Of a DNA stretch of 64,000 nucleotides, positions 37,526 through 46,567 are shown in pieces (the first letter of the stretch is position 1; the number at the start of each line of letters is the position of its first letter). Location of the stretch: positions 4,672,001 through 4,736,000 of the forward strand of contig OZ244561.1 of NCBI GenBank assembly GCA_965217585.1. The letters run 5' to 3'. Source of the stretch: Candidatus Latescibacterota bacterium. Lineage in GTDB: Bacteria > Latescibacterota > UBA2968 > UBA8231. The translations under genes and the position numbers were made by a program. The notes beneath the pieces are model-generated. The model did not search any database, was not told the origin of the DNA, and saw only the letters and a list, made by a program, of their open reading frames with translations.

Positions 37526-37741
37526 GTGAAAGGCAGAGAATTCGTAGACCGGGTTTTTGAGCTTGGCGCGGAGCGCGCGGTTTCCGTGCGTCTCGATACC
37601 AAGCGCGGCAAGGGGAGTCACGTCACGCTGTATTACGGTACGCGCAAGACCGTCGTAAAAGATCGCCGCAAGGAGCTTGCTCCCGGCCTGCTGTCCGCTA
37701 TGATCCGTCAGCTCGGCCTCGAACGCAGCGACTTTAAGTAA
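37526..37741 (+). CDS. hicA: HicA family mRNA interferase toxin
   Basis: RGKGSH motif, 71 aa, upstream of hicB. Confidence 0.85.
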   Translation: MKGREFVDRVFELGAERAVSVRLDTKRGKGSHVTLYYGTRKTVVKDRRKELAPGLLSAMIRQLGLERSDFK

Positions 37742-37742
37742 G

Positions 37743-39040
37743 TTGAATTCGACAGGTAGTTGTCTTAGGCGGCCTTTGTGTAGGTTCGTTTTTGGTTATG
37801 TTCAATCTGTTTTCGCGCACACTCCCAAGCAAAATTTCGCTTGAGGGTAAACGCACTCCACGGTCCTTGGTGGGGAATATCCCGCTGCCGAAAATGGATC
37901 AAAACCAAGTAGGCCATAACGGACAACGCGACGGAGCGTTCGACTCGTTGGGTCTGCTTGGTCACCTGGGCTTGTCCTAATCCGGTGGCCCCTTTCAATT
38001 CTTTGATGAGCAGTTCCACGTGCCAGCGGCGGGTATACAACACGACGAGTTGGCCTGCGGTCACGTCCGGTAGATTGGTCACCAGGATTTTGGTTTGTTT
38101 CGGCGAATCGTTGCGCCGTTTCTTGCTCAAGACCAACGTGACATCTCCGATGTGTCGCAGGCGTTTACGACCGCGGTAGACCCAATAGACCCGCCGACGG
38201 GAGCCGTGCGGACGAAACCAGATTTTTCGATAACAGGTATGGCGCGTATGATGGACCCAATCTTTGAGCGTATGGCCGTCTTCAAACTTCCAGGTGCGGG
38301 GCAGACTCATGACGAAAAAGAAGCCTCGTTGCTGGATCAAGTGCAGCGTTTCTTTAGCGGGAAACCCGGCATCGGCGACCACGATCACTTGCTGGGCCCA
38401 AGCCGGTGGTACCAAGGCGGTCAGCATCTGACGAAACAACACATTGGGCTTCTGATAGGCCGGGTCTTCTTTACGCCGAACCAACTCGAAATCGATAGGG
38501 ATTCGATAATTGCCCCACTGCAGCATGACCAGGATCACTTCAAACCCCCACAGAAAGGGACTATAGCCATCGGCGCGGGCTTTGCGCACCAACGGATGTT
38601 TCTTGGCCACCTTGGCTTTGTAGGTCCCGTCGACGATCACCAACACCCGACCGTCTTCCGCCGGTGGCAGCCCGGCGATCACCGCATCAACCAAGTACCC
38701 CAACAGCAACCGCCAACTCCAGTAGGTCGCACTCAGCAAGCGACGTAAGTGCCATTCCGCTATATGGTTAGGCCCCAAGCGGGCTAAACCACACAGCGTC
38801 GCTTTATCTTGATAGATTAACAACAGCGTCATACTCCAACAGAACACCAGATGATGGCGATGACGAAAAAAATGTTGAGTCCCACGCAAAAAATAACGAA
38901 GGTTCACAGGCAAGCGAGTCAGGTTCAGCATCGGAGTTTCCCTGGGGTAGATGATCCATGGCGGTGAATCAAGCTATCCCAAAATAGGGAGACTCCGATG
39001 CCTGTTCGAGCCTAAATATCAACCTACCTGTCGAATTCAA
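37743..39040 (-). mobile_element. Insertion sequence, IS701/IS4-like
   Basis: 17-bp perfect terminal IRs TTGAATTCGACAGGTAG (37743-37759, 39024-39040); GTAAG direct repeats at 37738-37742 and 39041-39045. Confidence 0.92.
37765..38931 (-). CDS. DDE transposase
   Basis: IVDGT, VADAGF, YTRRWHVELLIKELKGATGL (YREK-like). Confidence 0.92.
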   Translation of the reverse strand: MLNLTRLPVNLRYFLRGTQHFFRHRHHLVFCWSMTLLLIYQDKATLCGLARLGPNHIAEWHLRRLLSATYWSWRLLLGYLVDAVIAGLPPAEDGRVLVIVDGTYKAKVAKKHPLVRKARADGYSPFLWGFEVILVMLQWGNYRIPIDFELVRRKEDPAYQKPNVLFRQMLTALVPPAWAQQVIVVADAGFPAKETLHLIQQRGFFFVMSLPRTWKFEDGHTLKDWVHHTRHTCYRKIWFRPHGSRRRVYWVYRGRKRLRHIGDVTLVLSKKRRNDSPKQTKILVTNLPDVTAGQLVVLYTRRWHVELLIKELKGATGLGQAQVTKQTQRVERSVALSVMAYLVLIHFRQRDIPHQGPWSAFTLKRNFAWECARKQIEHNQKRTYTKAA

Positions 39041-39077
39041 GTAAGTAAGGTAAAGGTATAGGAAAAAGGAGATCGTC

Positions 39078-39506
39078 ATGCAGTTTCGCTATCCCGCACG
39101 GCTTCAGCCCGATCACTCGGGCGAGATCATCGTCTCGTTCCGGGATCTTCCCGAATGTCTCACGTCCGGCACCGACGAGGCCGAGGCTCTCATCGAGGCT
39201 CGCGACGCCCTTGAGGAAGCTATCGCCGGCCGCATTGACGACGACGAGCCGATCCCGGTGCCGAGTCGGCGGCGCGCCGCCGAGCAGCTCATCGCCGTGC
39301 CGCCGGACATGGCTGCGAAGGCTGCGTTCGCGTTGGCGTTCCGCGCTAGTGGTCTGTCGCGCCTTGTTTTGGCTCGCCGCCTCGGCGTCAACGAGAAAGT
39401 CGTGCGTCGCATGCTCGACCCGCGTCACCACACGGCCGCCAACCGGATTCACAAGGCCCTGCGCGTGCTCGGTCAGGAGCTCATTGTGGAGTCGCGTGCG
39501 GCGTAA
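39078..39506 (+). CDS. hicB: HicB family antitoxin with C-terminal HTH
   Basis: VSFRDLPECLTSG...EARDAL...IPVPS; RMLDPRHHT. Confidence 0.88.
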   Translation: MQFRYPARLQPDHSGEIIVSFRDLPECLTSGTDEAEALIEARDALEEAIAGRIDDDEPIPVPSRRRAAEQLIAVPPDMAAKAAFALAFRASGLSRLVLARRLGVNEKVVRRMLDPRHHTAANRIHKALRVLGQELIVESRAA

Positions 39507-39522
39507 TGGGGGTGGCCTGCTG

Positions 39523-40101
39523 CTACTGTTTTCGCAGCGATTTCTTCAACAATCTGCCCCAGATTCTGTCGTAGGGATGGACGACCTTTACCCGCTCGTT
39601 TCCCCGATAGACAGGTCGTCCCTCGTTTGCCCAGGCGAAGATCGATCCTTCCAGATTATAGACCTCCGTATATCCCTTTTTCATTAGGAACTGGGCAAGT
39701 TCCGACGAGCGGTACCCCACGGAACAGTACAAAACAATACGCTGGTCCGATGGTACTCCTTGGAGCGCTTTCTGGGCCTCGTCTTTCGAGGGGGCTGGCC
39801 GGGCACCCTGCAGATGGCTGACGGCATATTCCTCGGATTCTCGTACGTCGAACAGCAGGAGGTTTTCCCGCTGCGGAGATTCGTCGAGCCAGGATTGTAG
39901 CGTATCGGTTGAGACCTGGGCGACTGTCGGAAATCTAGCGCGGATCATCTTCAGCGTCATGGACCAGAACATAGTGTTATCCTCGCCTTCTTCCGGAGCC
40001 TCGGCATAGGCAGGTGCGGATGCGGCGACGCCAATACATATCGCTAGTAGTAGGGCAAACATGAGACCTGTCTTAAATTGGTGGAGGTTGAGTCGGCTCA
40101 T
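39523..40101 (-). CDS. Secreted rhodanese-like domain protein
   Basis: Signal-peptide-like N-terminus; DVRESEEYAVSHL, YCSVGYRS, NLEGSIFAW; start uncertain. Confidence 0.85.
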   Translation of the reverse strand: MSRLNLHQFKTGLMFALLLAICIGVAASAPAYAEAPEEGEDNTMFWSMTLKMIRARFPTVAQVSTDTLQSWLDESPQRENLLLFDVRESEEYAVSHLQGARPAPSKDEAQKALQGVPSDQRIVLYCSVGYRSSELAQFLMKKGYTEVYNLEGSIFAWANEGRPVYRGNERVKVVHPYDRIWGRLLKKSLRKQ

Positions 40102-40138
40102 AAGGATAAATACTTATAGAAGAGGAGGAACTGATCCG

Positions 40139-40969
40139 ATGCAAGACCTACGCATAGCCGCGGTGCAGATGAACTGCCGCGTCGCGGAACACGATCGCAA
40201 TTTAGCAACTATCGAGCGCTTTGCCGAGGCGGCGGCGGCACAAGATGTGGACATCGTCTGCTTTCCCGAGCTGTGCGTGTGCGGGTACAATGCCGGCGAC
40301 ACCTCGACGCCGGAGCCCGAGCCGCTCGCAGGTGGATCGCTCCACAGGCTCGAAGAGATCGCACGCAACGGCCAAATCACCCTGCTCGCTGGTATCCTCG
40401 AACGGGACGCCAGCGGCATCGTTTACAACACGCAGGTCGCCTGTGGTCCCGAGGGGTACGTCGGCCGCTATCGCAAGACGCACGTCCCTGATTCCGAGAT
40501 CGGCACTTGGCGCCACGGCGATGATCTGCCGGTATTTGACCATGCAAAGGCCCGCTACGGTATTGAGATTTGTTACGATTCTCACTTCCCGGAGTTGAGC
40601 ACCCTGTTGGCGGAAAAGGGAGCCGAGGTGATCTTCCTGCCCCATGCCTCACCGGGGGAGACCCCCGCAAACAAGCGGGCTCGCTGGATGCGCTACGTTC
40701 CTGCCCGTGCGTACGACAACAACGTGTACGTCGCTATTTGCAATAACGTCGGCGACAACGGGGCCGGTCGCACTTTCTCGGGGGTGACCTTCATCTGCGA
40801 TCCCCTCGGTGCGGTCATTGCCGAAGGGCAGAGCGGCAGTAAAGAGGAGATGGTCGTCGCCGACTTGAGTGCGTCGGCGCTGGCGGAGAGTCGCAGGAAG
40901 ACGCTGATGTTCTTCCGCCATTACCGACGGCCCGAGATGTACCGGCGCTGGGAGAATGAGATCAGATAG
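40139..40969 (+). CDS. Nitrilase-related carbon-nitrogen hydrolase
   Basis: FPEL, YRKTH, ICYDSHFPE, ARAYDN; RBS AGGAGG. Confidence 0.9.
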   Translation: MQDLRIAAVQMNCRVAEHDRNLATIERFAEAAAAQDVDIVCFPELCVCGYNAGDTSTPEPEPLAGGSLHRLEEIARNGQITLLAGILERDASGIVYNTQVACGPEGYVGRYRKTHVPDSEIGTWRHGDDLPVFDHAKARYGIEICYDSHFPELSTLLAEKGAEVIFLPHASPGETPANKRARWMRYVPARAYDNNVYVAICNNVGDNGAGRTFSGVTFICDPLGAVIAEGQSGSKEEMVVADLSASALAESRRKTLMFFRHYRRPEMYRRWENEIR

Positions 40970-41038
40970 GGTAGCTCGGCCCGGGCGCAACGCTAGATTC
41001 GTCCCTTGGCGGGCACTTAAACACAGGGAGCTGAAACG

Positions 41039-42178
41039 ATGATCAAGTCCGTCCTGTTCCGCGAAGACAACGTGTATAAGGCCTTCCCCGATCTCGTCGA
41101 GTGCGGCGACGGCACTTGGGTATGCGTGTACCGGGAGAGTCTCGGGCACACCGCCCTCCCCTTCGGCCGCATCGCCTGCCACCTCAGCATCGACGGCGGC
41201 CGCACCTGGAGCGAGAAGGCCGTCGTCGACGAGGTGATCGACCCGGAAACCGAGGGCCGCCTGAACAACCCGCGCCTGCTCGCCCTCGACGGCTCCGAGT
41301 TGCTGATCATCTGCGACCTGCTGCCCCGCCTCGAGCCGGAGCACCATCCCGATTCGGAGATCCTCATCTACTGCTCGACCGACTCGGGGCGCACCTGGAG
41401 CGCGCGCGCCTCCACCGGGATCAGGGGCCACATCTGTCCCTGCATATTCCGCACCAAGGCCGGCGAGATCATCATCGGCGCCGACCGCGTTGGGCCGGGG
41501 GACGACCGCGACGTGGTCTGGCTCCACAACGCCTTCACCTCGACCGACGGTGGACGGACTTGGGGGCCGGCAATCCACGTCTGCTCCGACCCAGAGTTGT
41601 GGCTCAACGAAGGGACCTACGTCGAGCTGGACGACGGGACTCTAGTCTGCTACTTGCGCGAGGACCTGCAGCGCGCCATCGGGCACAAGGCGATTTCGCG
41701 AGACGGCGGCAAAACCTGGTCCGGCCCATACCCCACCTTCCTCACCTGCTGCGTCGGCAGGCCGCGGGCTGGCATCCTGCAGAGCGGCGAGGTTGCAATC
41801 GTCCACGGCTTCCAGCGCCTGACGCCGCCGCGCAATCTCGTGCTCCACGTCGAGACCCAGGCGATTGCCGCAGACCCGGACTGCACCGCTAACTGCGCCC
41901 GCCAAGCCGGCCACCGGTATTTCTTCATAGACCACGACCGCAGCATCCACTGCGACGGTGCCTACTCCGGCTGGGTGCAGAGACCGTCCGGGGACCTGTT
42001 CGTGGTGCAGTACATCAACGACGACGGCCCGTATGCCCACATCCGCAGCTACGAGATTGGCCGCTCCGACTGGATCCTCTGTCCCGAGGGGGATCTACTG
42101 CTGGAGCCGCCGCGCTGGCCTGGGTACGTCGACAGGGCCGCGGCGGCGAGCGGGGAGCTATACGGAGAGGCGCGCTAG
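41039..42178 (+). CDS. Sialidase-like BNR-repeat protein
   Basis: Four Asp-box repeats (SIDGGRTW, STDSGRTW, STDGGRTW, SRDGGKTW); AFP and Y-S-G-W motifs. Confidence 0.8.
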   Translation: MIKSVLFREDNVYKAFPDLVECGDGTWVCVYRESLGHTALPFGRIACHLSIDGGRTWSEKAVVDEVIDPETEGRLNNPRLLALDGSELLIICDLLPRLEPEHHPDSEILIYCSTDSGRTWSARASTGIRGHICPCIFRTKAGEIIIGADRVGPGDDRDVVWLHNAFTSTDGGRTWGPAIHVCSDPELWLNEGTYVELDDGTLVCYLREDLQRAIGHKAISRDGGKTWSGPYPTFLTCCVGRPRAGILQSGEVAIVHGFQRLTPPRNLVLHVETQAIAADPDCTANCARQAGHRYFFIDHDRSIHCDGAYSGWVQRPSGDLFVVQYINDDGPYAHIRSYEIGRSDWILCPEGDLLLEPPRWPGYVDRAAAASGELYGEAR

Positions 42179-42285
42179 CCGATCCCGAGTGCTGCAAGAA
42201 CCGTTTCGCATGCAGGGGAAGCACTTGATCGCGTAACATGTCTGTGATTAATTTTTGTGTAACTATATGTGTTGGAGGTAACACA

Positions 42286-42486
42286 ATGGCGACGAACTTG
42301 GCGATAGATCCAAAACTGCTCGACAAGGCGCTGGAAATCAGCGGCGAGAAGACCAAGAAGGCGACCGTCAACCGCGCCTTGCGGGAGTTCATCGCACGGC
42401 GAGAGCAGGAACGGCTTTTGGATCTTTTTGGTAAACTCGACTGGGACGACGGCTTTGACTACAAACGCGAACGGAGCCGTGGGTGA
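42286..42486 (+). CDS. vapB: VapB-family antitoxin
   Basis: MATNLAIDPKLL...TKKATVNRALREF; GGAGG RBS; overlaps the PIN gene. Confidence 0.85.
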   Translation: MATNLAIDPKLLDKALEISGEKTKKATVNRALREFIARREQERLLDLFGKLDWDDGFDYKRERSRG

Positions 42487-42890
42487 CGTTGTTTGCAGAC
42501 ACGAGCGTTTGGTCGCTGGCCTTGCGGCGGGATGCGGCACCCGAAGGGCCCGAGGTGCAGCGCCTGCGGGAGGCGCTCAGTAGTGGCGAATCGATTTACA
42601 CGACCGGAATCGTTTTGCAGGAGTTGTTGCAGGGCTTTCGGGGGCCGCGAGCCAAGACGCGGATCGTCGAACGGTTTGAGGCGCTCGCCATGATTACGCC
42701 CGTGCGTGACGACTACATTGACGCAGCCGCGTTGCGCAACGAGTGTCGCCGCCACGGCATTCAGACTGGAACCATCGACGCGCTGCTCGCCCAGATCTGC
42801 ATTCGCCACAAACTGGTTATGTTGGCGACCGACCTCGATTTCAGCCACATGACAAAGTGGACGCCGCTTCAGCTTTGGTGCGCCCGATGA
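42483..42890 (+). CDS. vapC: VapC PIN-domain toxin
   Basis: DTSVW, QELLQG, IDALLA, TDLDF. Confidence 0.9.
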   Translation: MTLFADTSVWSLALRRDAAPEGPEVQRLREALSSGESIYTTGIVLQELLQGFRGPRAKTRIVERFEALAMITPVRDDYIDAAALRNECRRHGIQTGTIDALLAQICIRHKLVMLATDLDFSHMTKWTPLQLWCAR

Positions 42891-42997
42891 TCTTCTATAC
42901 CGGAGAAGAGTACAAGTAGCTGTCATGGGCGATGAATGGTTTTTGTAAAATGGTGGTCAATCGACACCCCTTCACTGGCCAGTAATTTTAACGGGAG

Positions 42998-44563
42998 ATG
43001 ACCATGGCTCGTTTACAAGATGTCAATACCACGGATGTGCGCAGCGCCATTGAATTGGGTTGCCGCACCATGTCGAGCGTTTTCAATGCCGACGACAATG
43101 ATATTCCCTTTTTCGGCTCGCGCGTGCGCCCCCAAGCCGAACTGCGCTTCAGCGCCGCACACTCGGAGGCGCACGTGCCCGGTCGCCATCTCAATGCCCT
43201 GCTCAACGCCGAGGACGCGGCGAGTGTTGAAGTAGATGAAGCGGCGATTGAAAAACACGCGGCCGCCGCTTTCTATTCGTACAGCGGCCCCATCGCCATG
43301 CCACTCAACCGGGCCGAGTTGGGCGGTCCGCTGGTCAACTTCATTCCACACAATATCCGCGAGGGTTTCCACGCGCTCTATCCGCTGGTGCAGTACCGCG
43401 ACTCAGAGCAGGCACGGCAGTTGGCTGAGGCTAGTATCGAGGCGTTTCGCCGCTACTGGTCCGCGGACGAGGGCTGGGATCGACCGGCGCTACAGGCGCT
43501 GGGGTTGGAGGCGTGGGAGAGTTTGTTCATTCCAGGGGAAGCCCGGGCCTTGGGGCCTTTGGTCAAGTACTATCGGGCCACCGGCTATGGGCCGGCGTTG
43601 GAGCTGGCGTTGGAGTTGGCTGCGAAAATTACGGGTGAGTTCTTTACTGCGGACGGTGACCACGACCGGGAACTGCTGGGCGACCACACTCACTCGGTCA
43701 CCTGCGTCATGTCGTCGTTGGCACAATTGGCCGACCTGACGGGCGACGCGGCGCTTCTGCTGGGCGTCAAGGCTTTTTACGATAATGGCCTGTGGGCCAT
43801 GCGCAACCCATTGGGCTGGGTCGTCGAAAGCACGCATCCCGATGCTCCGCCCGATCGCGGCGAGGTCAACAATACCGGCGACATCGTCGAGACTGCGCTG
43901 ATACTGGGGCGCTGGGGCTGGAGCGAGTACTTCCAAGACGCCGAGCGCATTGTGCGGGGCCATATGCTGCCGTCGCAACTGCGCGATATTGCCTTCATTG
44001 ACCAACCGCCGAATCCCGAGGGCGTGGACGGCCTGCGCAACGTGGCCCAGCGGCACCGGGGGGCCTTTGGCTTTCCTGCGCCGTACGGCCATCAACCGGT
44101 GGAGGCCGATACCGTTGGCTTCAATATGGATATTGTCGGCGGAGCGGTGGCGTCTTTGTGCGAGGTGTACCGGGAGATGGTGCGCAGCGGCCCGGCCGGT
44201 CACCGGGTCAATTTGCTCTTTGACCACGAGAACGAGGCCGTGCGTGTCGAATCCCCCTATACCCATGACGTCCTGCGCGTCGAGGTTAAGCAGCCGGGGC
44301 CGTTGTGGGTGCGCCTGCCTAGTGGGGTAACACCGTCTGACTTAACGGTAGAGGGGGCCGCGCCGCCGCGCATAGATAGTGGGTTCCTTTTCTTTGCCCA
44401 ACCGCCTTTGCACGCGCCGATTGAGATCCGCTTTGCCCTAGCCGAAGAAGAGCTGGTCCTGCGGCATCGGACCCGTTCGATACGCGCCCGGCTGCGCGGC
44501 GACGCGGTGGTCGCGATGGATGACTTCGGTGCTGATCTGACCTTTTTTTCGTCGTTTGATTAA
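42998..44563 (+). CDS. Hypothetical protein, alpha/alpha-toroid (GH127-like), paralog A
   Basis: 521 aa; HVPGRHLNALL, HNIREGFHALY, RGEVNNTGD; C-terminal VRLPS beta-sandwich-like region. Confidence 0.7.
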   Translation: MTMARLQDVNTTDVRSAIELGCRTMSSVFNADDNDIPFFGSRVRPQAELRFSAAHSEAHVPGRHLNALLNAEDAASVEVDEAAIEKHAAAAFYSYSGPIAMPLNRAELGGPLVNFIPHNIREGFHALYPLVQYRDSEQARQLAEASIEAFRRYWSADEGWDRPALQALGLEAWESLFIPGEARALGPLVKYYRATGYGPALELALELAAKITGEFFTADGDHDRELLGDHTHSVTCVMSSLAQLADLTGDAALLLGVKAFYDNGLWAMRNPLGWVVESTHPDAPPDRGEVNNTGDIVETALILGRWGWSEYFQDAERIVRGHMLPSQLRDIAFIDQPPNPEGVDGLRNVAQRHRGAFGFPAPYGHQPVEADTVGFNMDIVGGAVASLCEVYREMVRSGPAGHRVNLLFDHENEAVRVESPYTHDVLRVEVKQPGPLWVRLPSGVTPSDLTVEGAAPPRIDSGFLFFAQPPLHAPIEIRFALAEEELVLRHRTRSIRARLRGDAVVAMDDFGADLTFFSSFD

Positions 44564-44575
44564 AAGCAACGTATC

Positions 44576-44603
44576 CGCAGATAAACGCAGATAAACGCAG
44601 ATA
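44576..44603 (+). repeat. 10-bp tandem repeat CGCAGATAAA x2.8
   Basis: CGCAGATAAA CGCAGATAAA CGCAGATA just after the stop of paralog A. Confidence 0.85.
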
Positions 44604-44721
44604 CGGGATGCGGTGCGAGCAACCACAAGGGATTGTCCCTACACGGTTTGGTCCCCGTGGATTCGGGCGATATATTAGCGGCCCCTATCGCAGCAGCGCA
44701 ATTGCGCTAAGGAGGATGAAC

Positions 44722-45576
44722 ATGGCGAAAATTAAGCCGCCTAAAATCTATCATCTGTGTTCTCTGGGTACTCTGGGGGGATACGGCGGCAAGAAGGGCG
44801 AGTGGAGTACGGCCAAAAAGCTTAAAAAAATAAAAGACGCTGGTTTCGACGGCTTTGTGGGACGCACCTTTATGGTGACCCCGGACGAGGTGGCCGCCTC
44901 GGGGTTGGTCTTTGCTTGTACCACTGACTTGGGCGGCATCCGCGAGATCAAGCCCAAGTTGCGGGAAATTAAGGCGGCGGGAGCGCGCTGCGTCAACGTG
45001 CAAATGCTCGACCACGACACGCTCACCCAGCGGGCCGTGGAGGTCGCGCGGCGTTTGATGGCCGCGGCCGAAGACTTGGAGATGGACGTGGCCGTGGAGG
45101 TCCACCGCGATACTTGCACGGAAACGCCGGAAAAAGCCTATGCCTTGGCCGCCGGTTACGAGAAGGCGGAGGAGAAATCGCTGAAAATGACTTGGGACTT
45201 TTCGCATCCGGCGGTGATTAAGCATTTGTCGCCGCCCTATTGGGAGCGCTTAGCCGAGCGCGTCGATCTGATCCAGCTAGCGCAACAGTTCCACTTTAGG
45301 CCCTTCAACGGGCACCACGCCATGATTCCGGCCATTGACCACAAGGGCAAGATCATTCCCGAATTCGTCGATTGGCTGGAATTCGCCGAGCAGGTCATGG
45401 CCTGCTGGCTGGAAGCAGCCGAGCCGGGTCGGGAAATGTTCGCCTGCCCCGAGCAGATCGCCGGCGGCTACCATCTGTCGGTTTTCCCCGACCGCTGGAA
45501 GGACGTGCAGGTGGTGCGGCGCGAGCTGGACAGGGTGTGGAAGAGGCAATTGAAAAAGTGGCAGGCACCGGCTTAG
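44722..45576 (+). CDS. Xylose isomerase-like TIM-barrel protein
   Basis: AGFDG, EVHRDT, WDFSH, HFR, PE metal-site pattern; RBS AGGAGG. Confidence 0.8.
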   Translation: MAKIKPPKIYHLCSLGTLGGYGGKKGEWSTAKKLKKIKDAGFDGFVGRTFMVTPDEVAASGLVFACTTDLGGIREIKPKLREIKAAGARCVNVQMLDHDTLTQRAVEVARRLMAAAEDLEMDVAVEVHRDTCTETPEKAYALAAGYEKAEEKSLKMTWDFSHPAVIKHLSPPYWERLAERVDLIQLAQQFHFRPFNGHHAMIPAIDHKGKIIPEFVDWLEFAEQVMACWLEAAEPGREMFACPEQIAGGYHLSVFPDRWKDVQVVRRELDRVWKRQLKKWQAPA

Positions 45577-45598
45577 CGCGAGAAGGGTACTTAACCCC

Positions 45599-46558
45599 GT
45601 GCAGATAAGTGTCGAGACGCCTCCTTTGGACGTCGACCTGACCGAGGAGTTGATTGATTTTTGGGACGGGATTTTCGGGGACGGTTACCAGCCCGACCGC
45701 TCTTTGTACGCCGGCGATGAACGCTCCTTTAACCGCGATACGTTCTATCTCTTAGAGCAGGGAGGACGCACGGTCGGCAGCAGCCATTTAACCACGGCGG
45801 TGGGTAATTCAGAACTGAGTGGTTTGGGCGAGGTGGGGACCGCGCCGCAATGTCGCGGCAAGGGCATTGCCAGTCGCTTGTGCCGGGCGGCGCGCGACGA
45901 CTTTTTGGCCGCGGGGGGACAGGCTCTGTTCCTAGGCACGGTCAACCCGGTCGCGGCCCGCATTTATCACCGCTTAGGTTGGCGCAAGATGCCCGGTTCC
46001 ACTATCTGGGCTTTGATCGCCAGCGGGGAATCGCCCGAGTCTTTTCTGGTAGACTACTTTAGGGCTAGCGATGAGGTCGGGGTTGAGCCGGGGACGCCGG
46101 CCCAGCGCGTGCCCATGGTCCCCTTGATCATCGCGCCGCACGACTGGCGGGTACTCGACGCCAATGTCGAATTGTACTCGACCCGCTATCTCGAACAGAA
46201 TTCCTGTATGGGGCTATACCCGCGCTATGCCAAGCTGGTCGAACAATGCGCCGGCGCTTGGTTTGCCGCCCGCACCCGAGATGGGCGCTTGGTGGGTTTG
46301 GCCAGTGCGCGGCCCGACGGGGAGGGCGCTTGTCAGGTGGATGGTTTCGTCCACGGTCGCTACGCAGGGTCTTGGGCCCATTTGATGCGGGCGGCCATTG
46401 ACTGGGCCGGGGGGCGCTGCTGGGTGCGGCTCTGCGTCGAGGACGAGGAGAAAGGCGCTTGCTTGAAGGACTTGGGTTTTGTGGACGGAGGGGCGGGCGA
46501 GCCGTTTGTCATGGGGGATCGGACCGTCGAGGCCGTGCGCTTGGTCGCCGGTGTTTAA
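45599..46558 (+). CDS. GNAT family N-acetyltransferase (two GNAT-like domains)
   Basis: VGTAPQCRGKGIASRL, NPVAARIYHRLGW. Confidence 0.85.
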   Translation: MQISVETPPLDVDLTEELIDFWDGIFGDGYQPDRSLYAGDERSFNRDTFYLLEQGGRTVGSSHLTTAVGNSELSGLGEVGTAPQCRGKGIASRLCRAARDDFLAAGGQALFLGTVNPVAARIYHRLGWRKMPGSTIWALIASGESPESFLVDYFRASDEVGVEPGTPAQRVPMVPLIIAPHDWRVLDANVELYSTRYLEQNSCMGLYPRYAKLVEQCAGAWFAARTRDGRLVGLASARPDGEGACQVDGFVHGRYAGSWAHLMRAAIDWAGGRCWVRLCVEDEEKGACLKDLGFVDGGAGEPFVMGDRTVEAVRLVAGV

Positions 46559-46567
46559 GGAAAGGCC

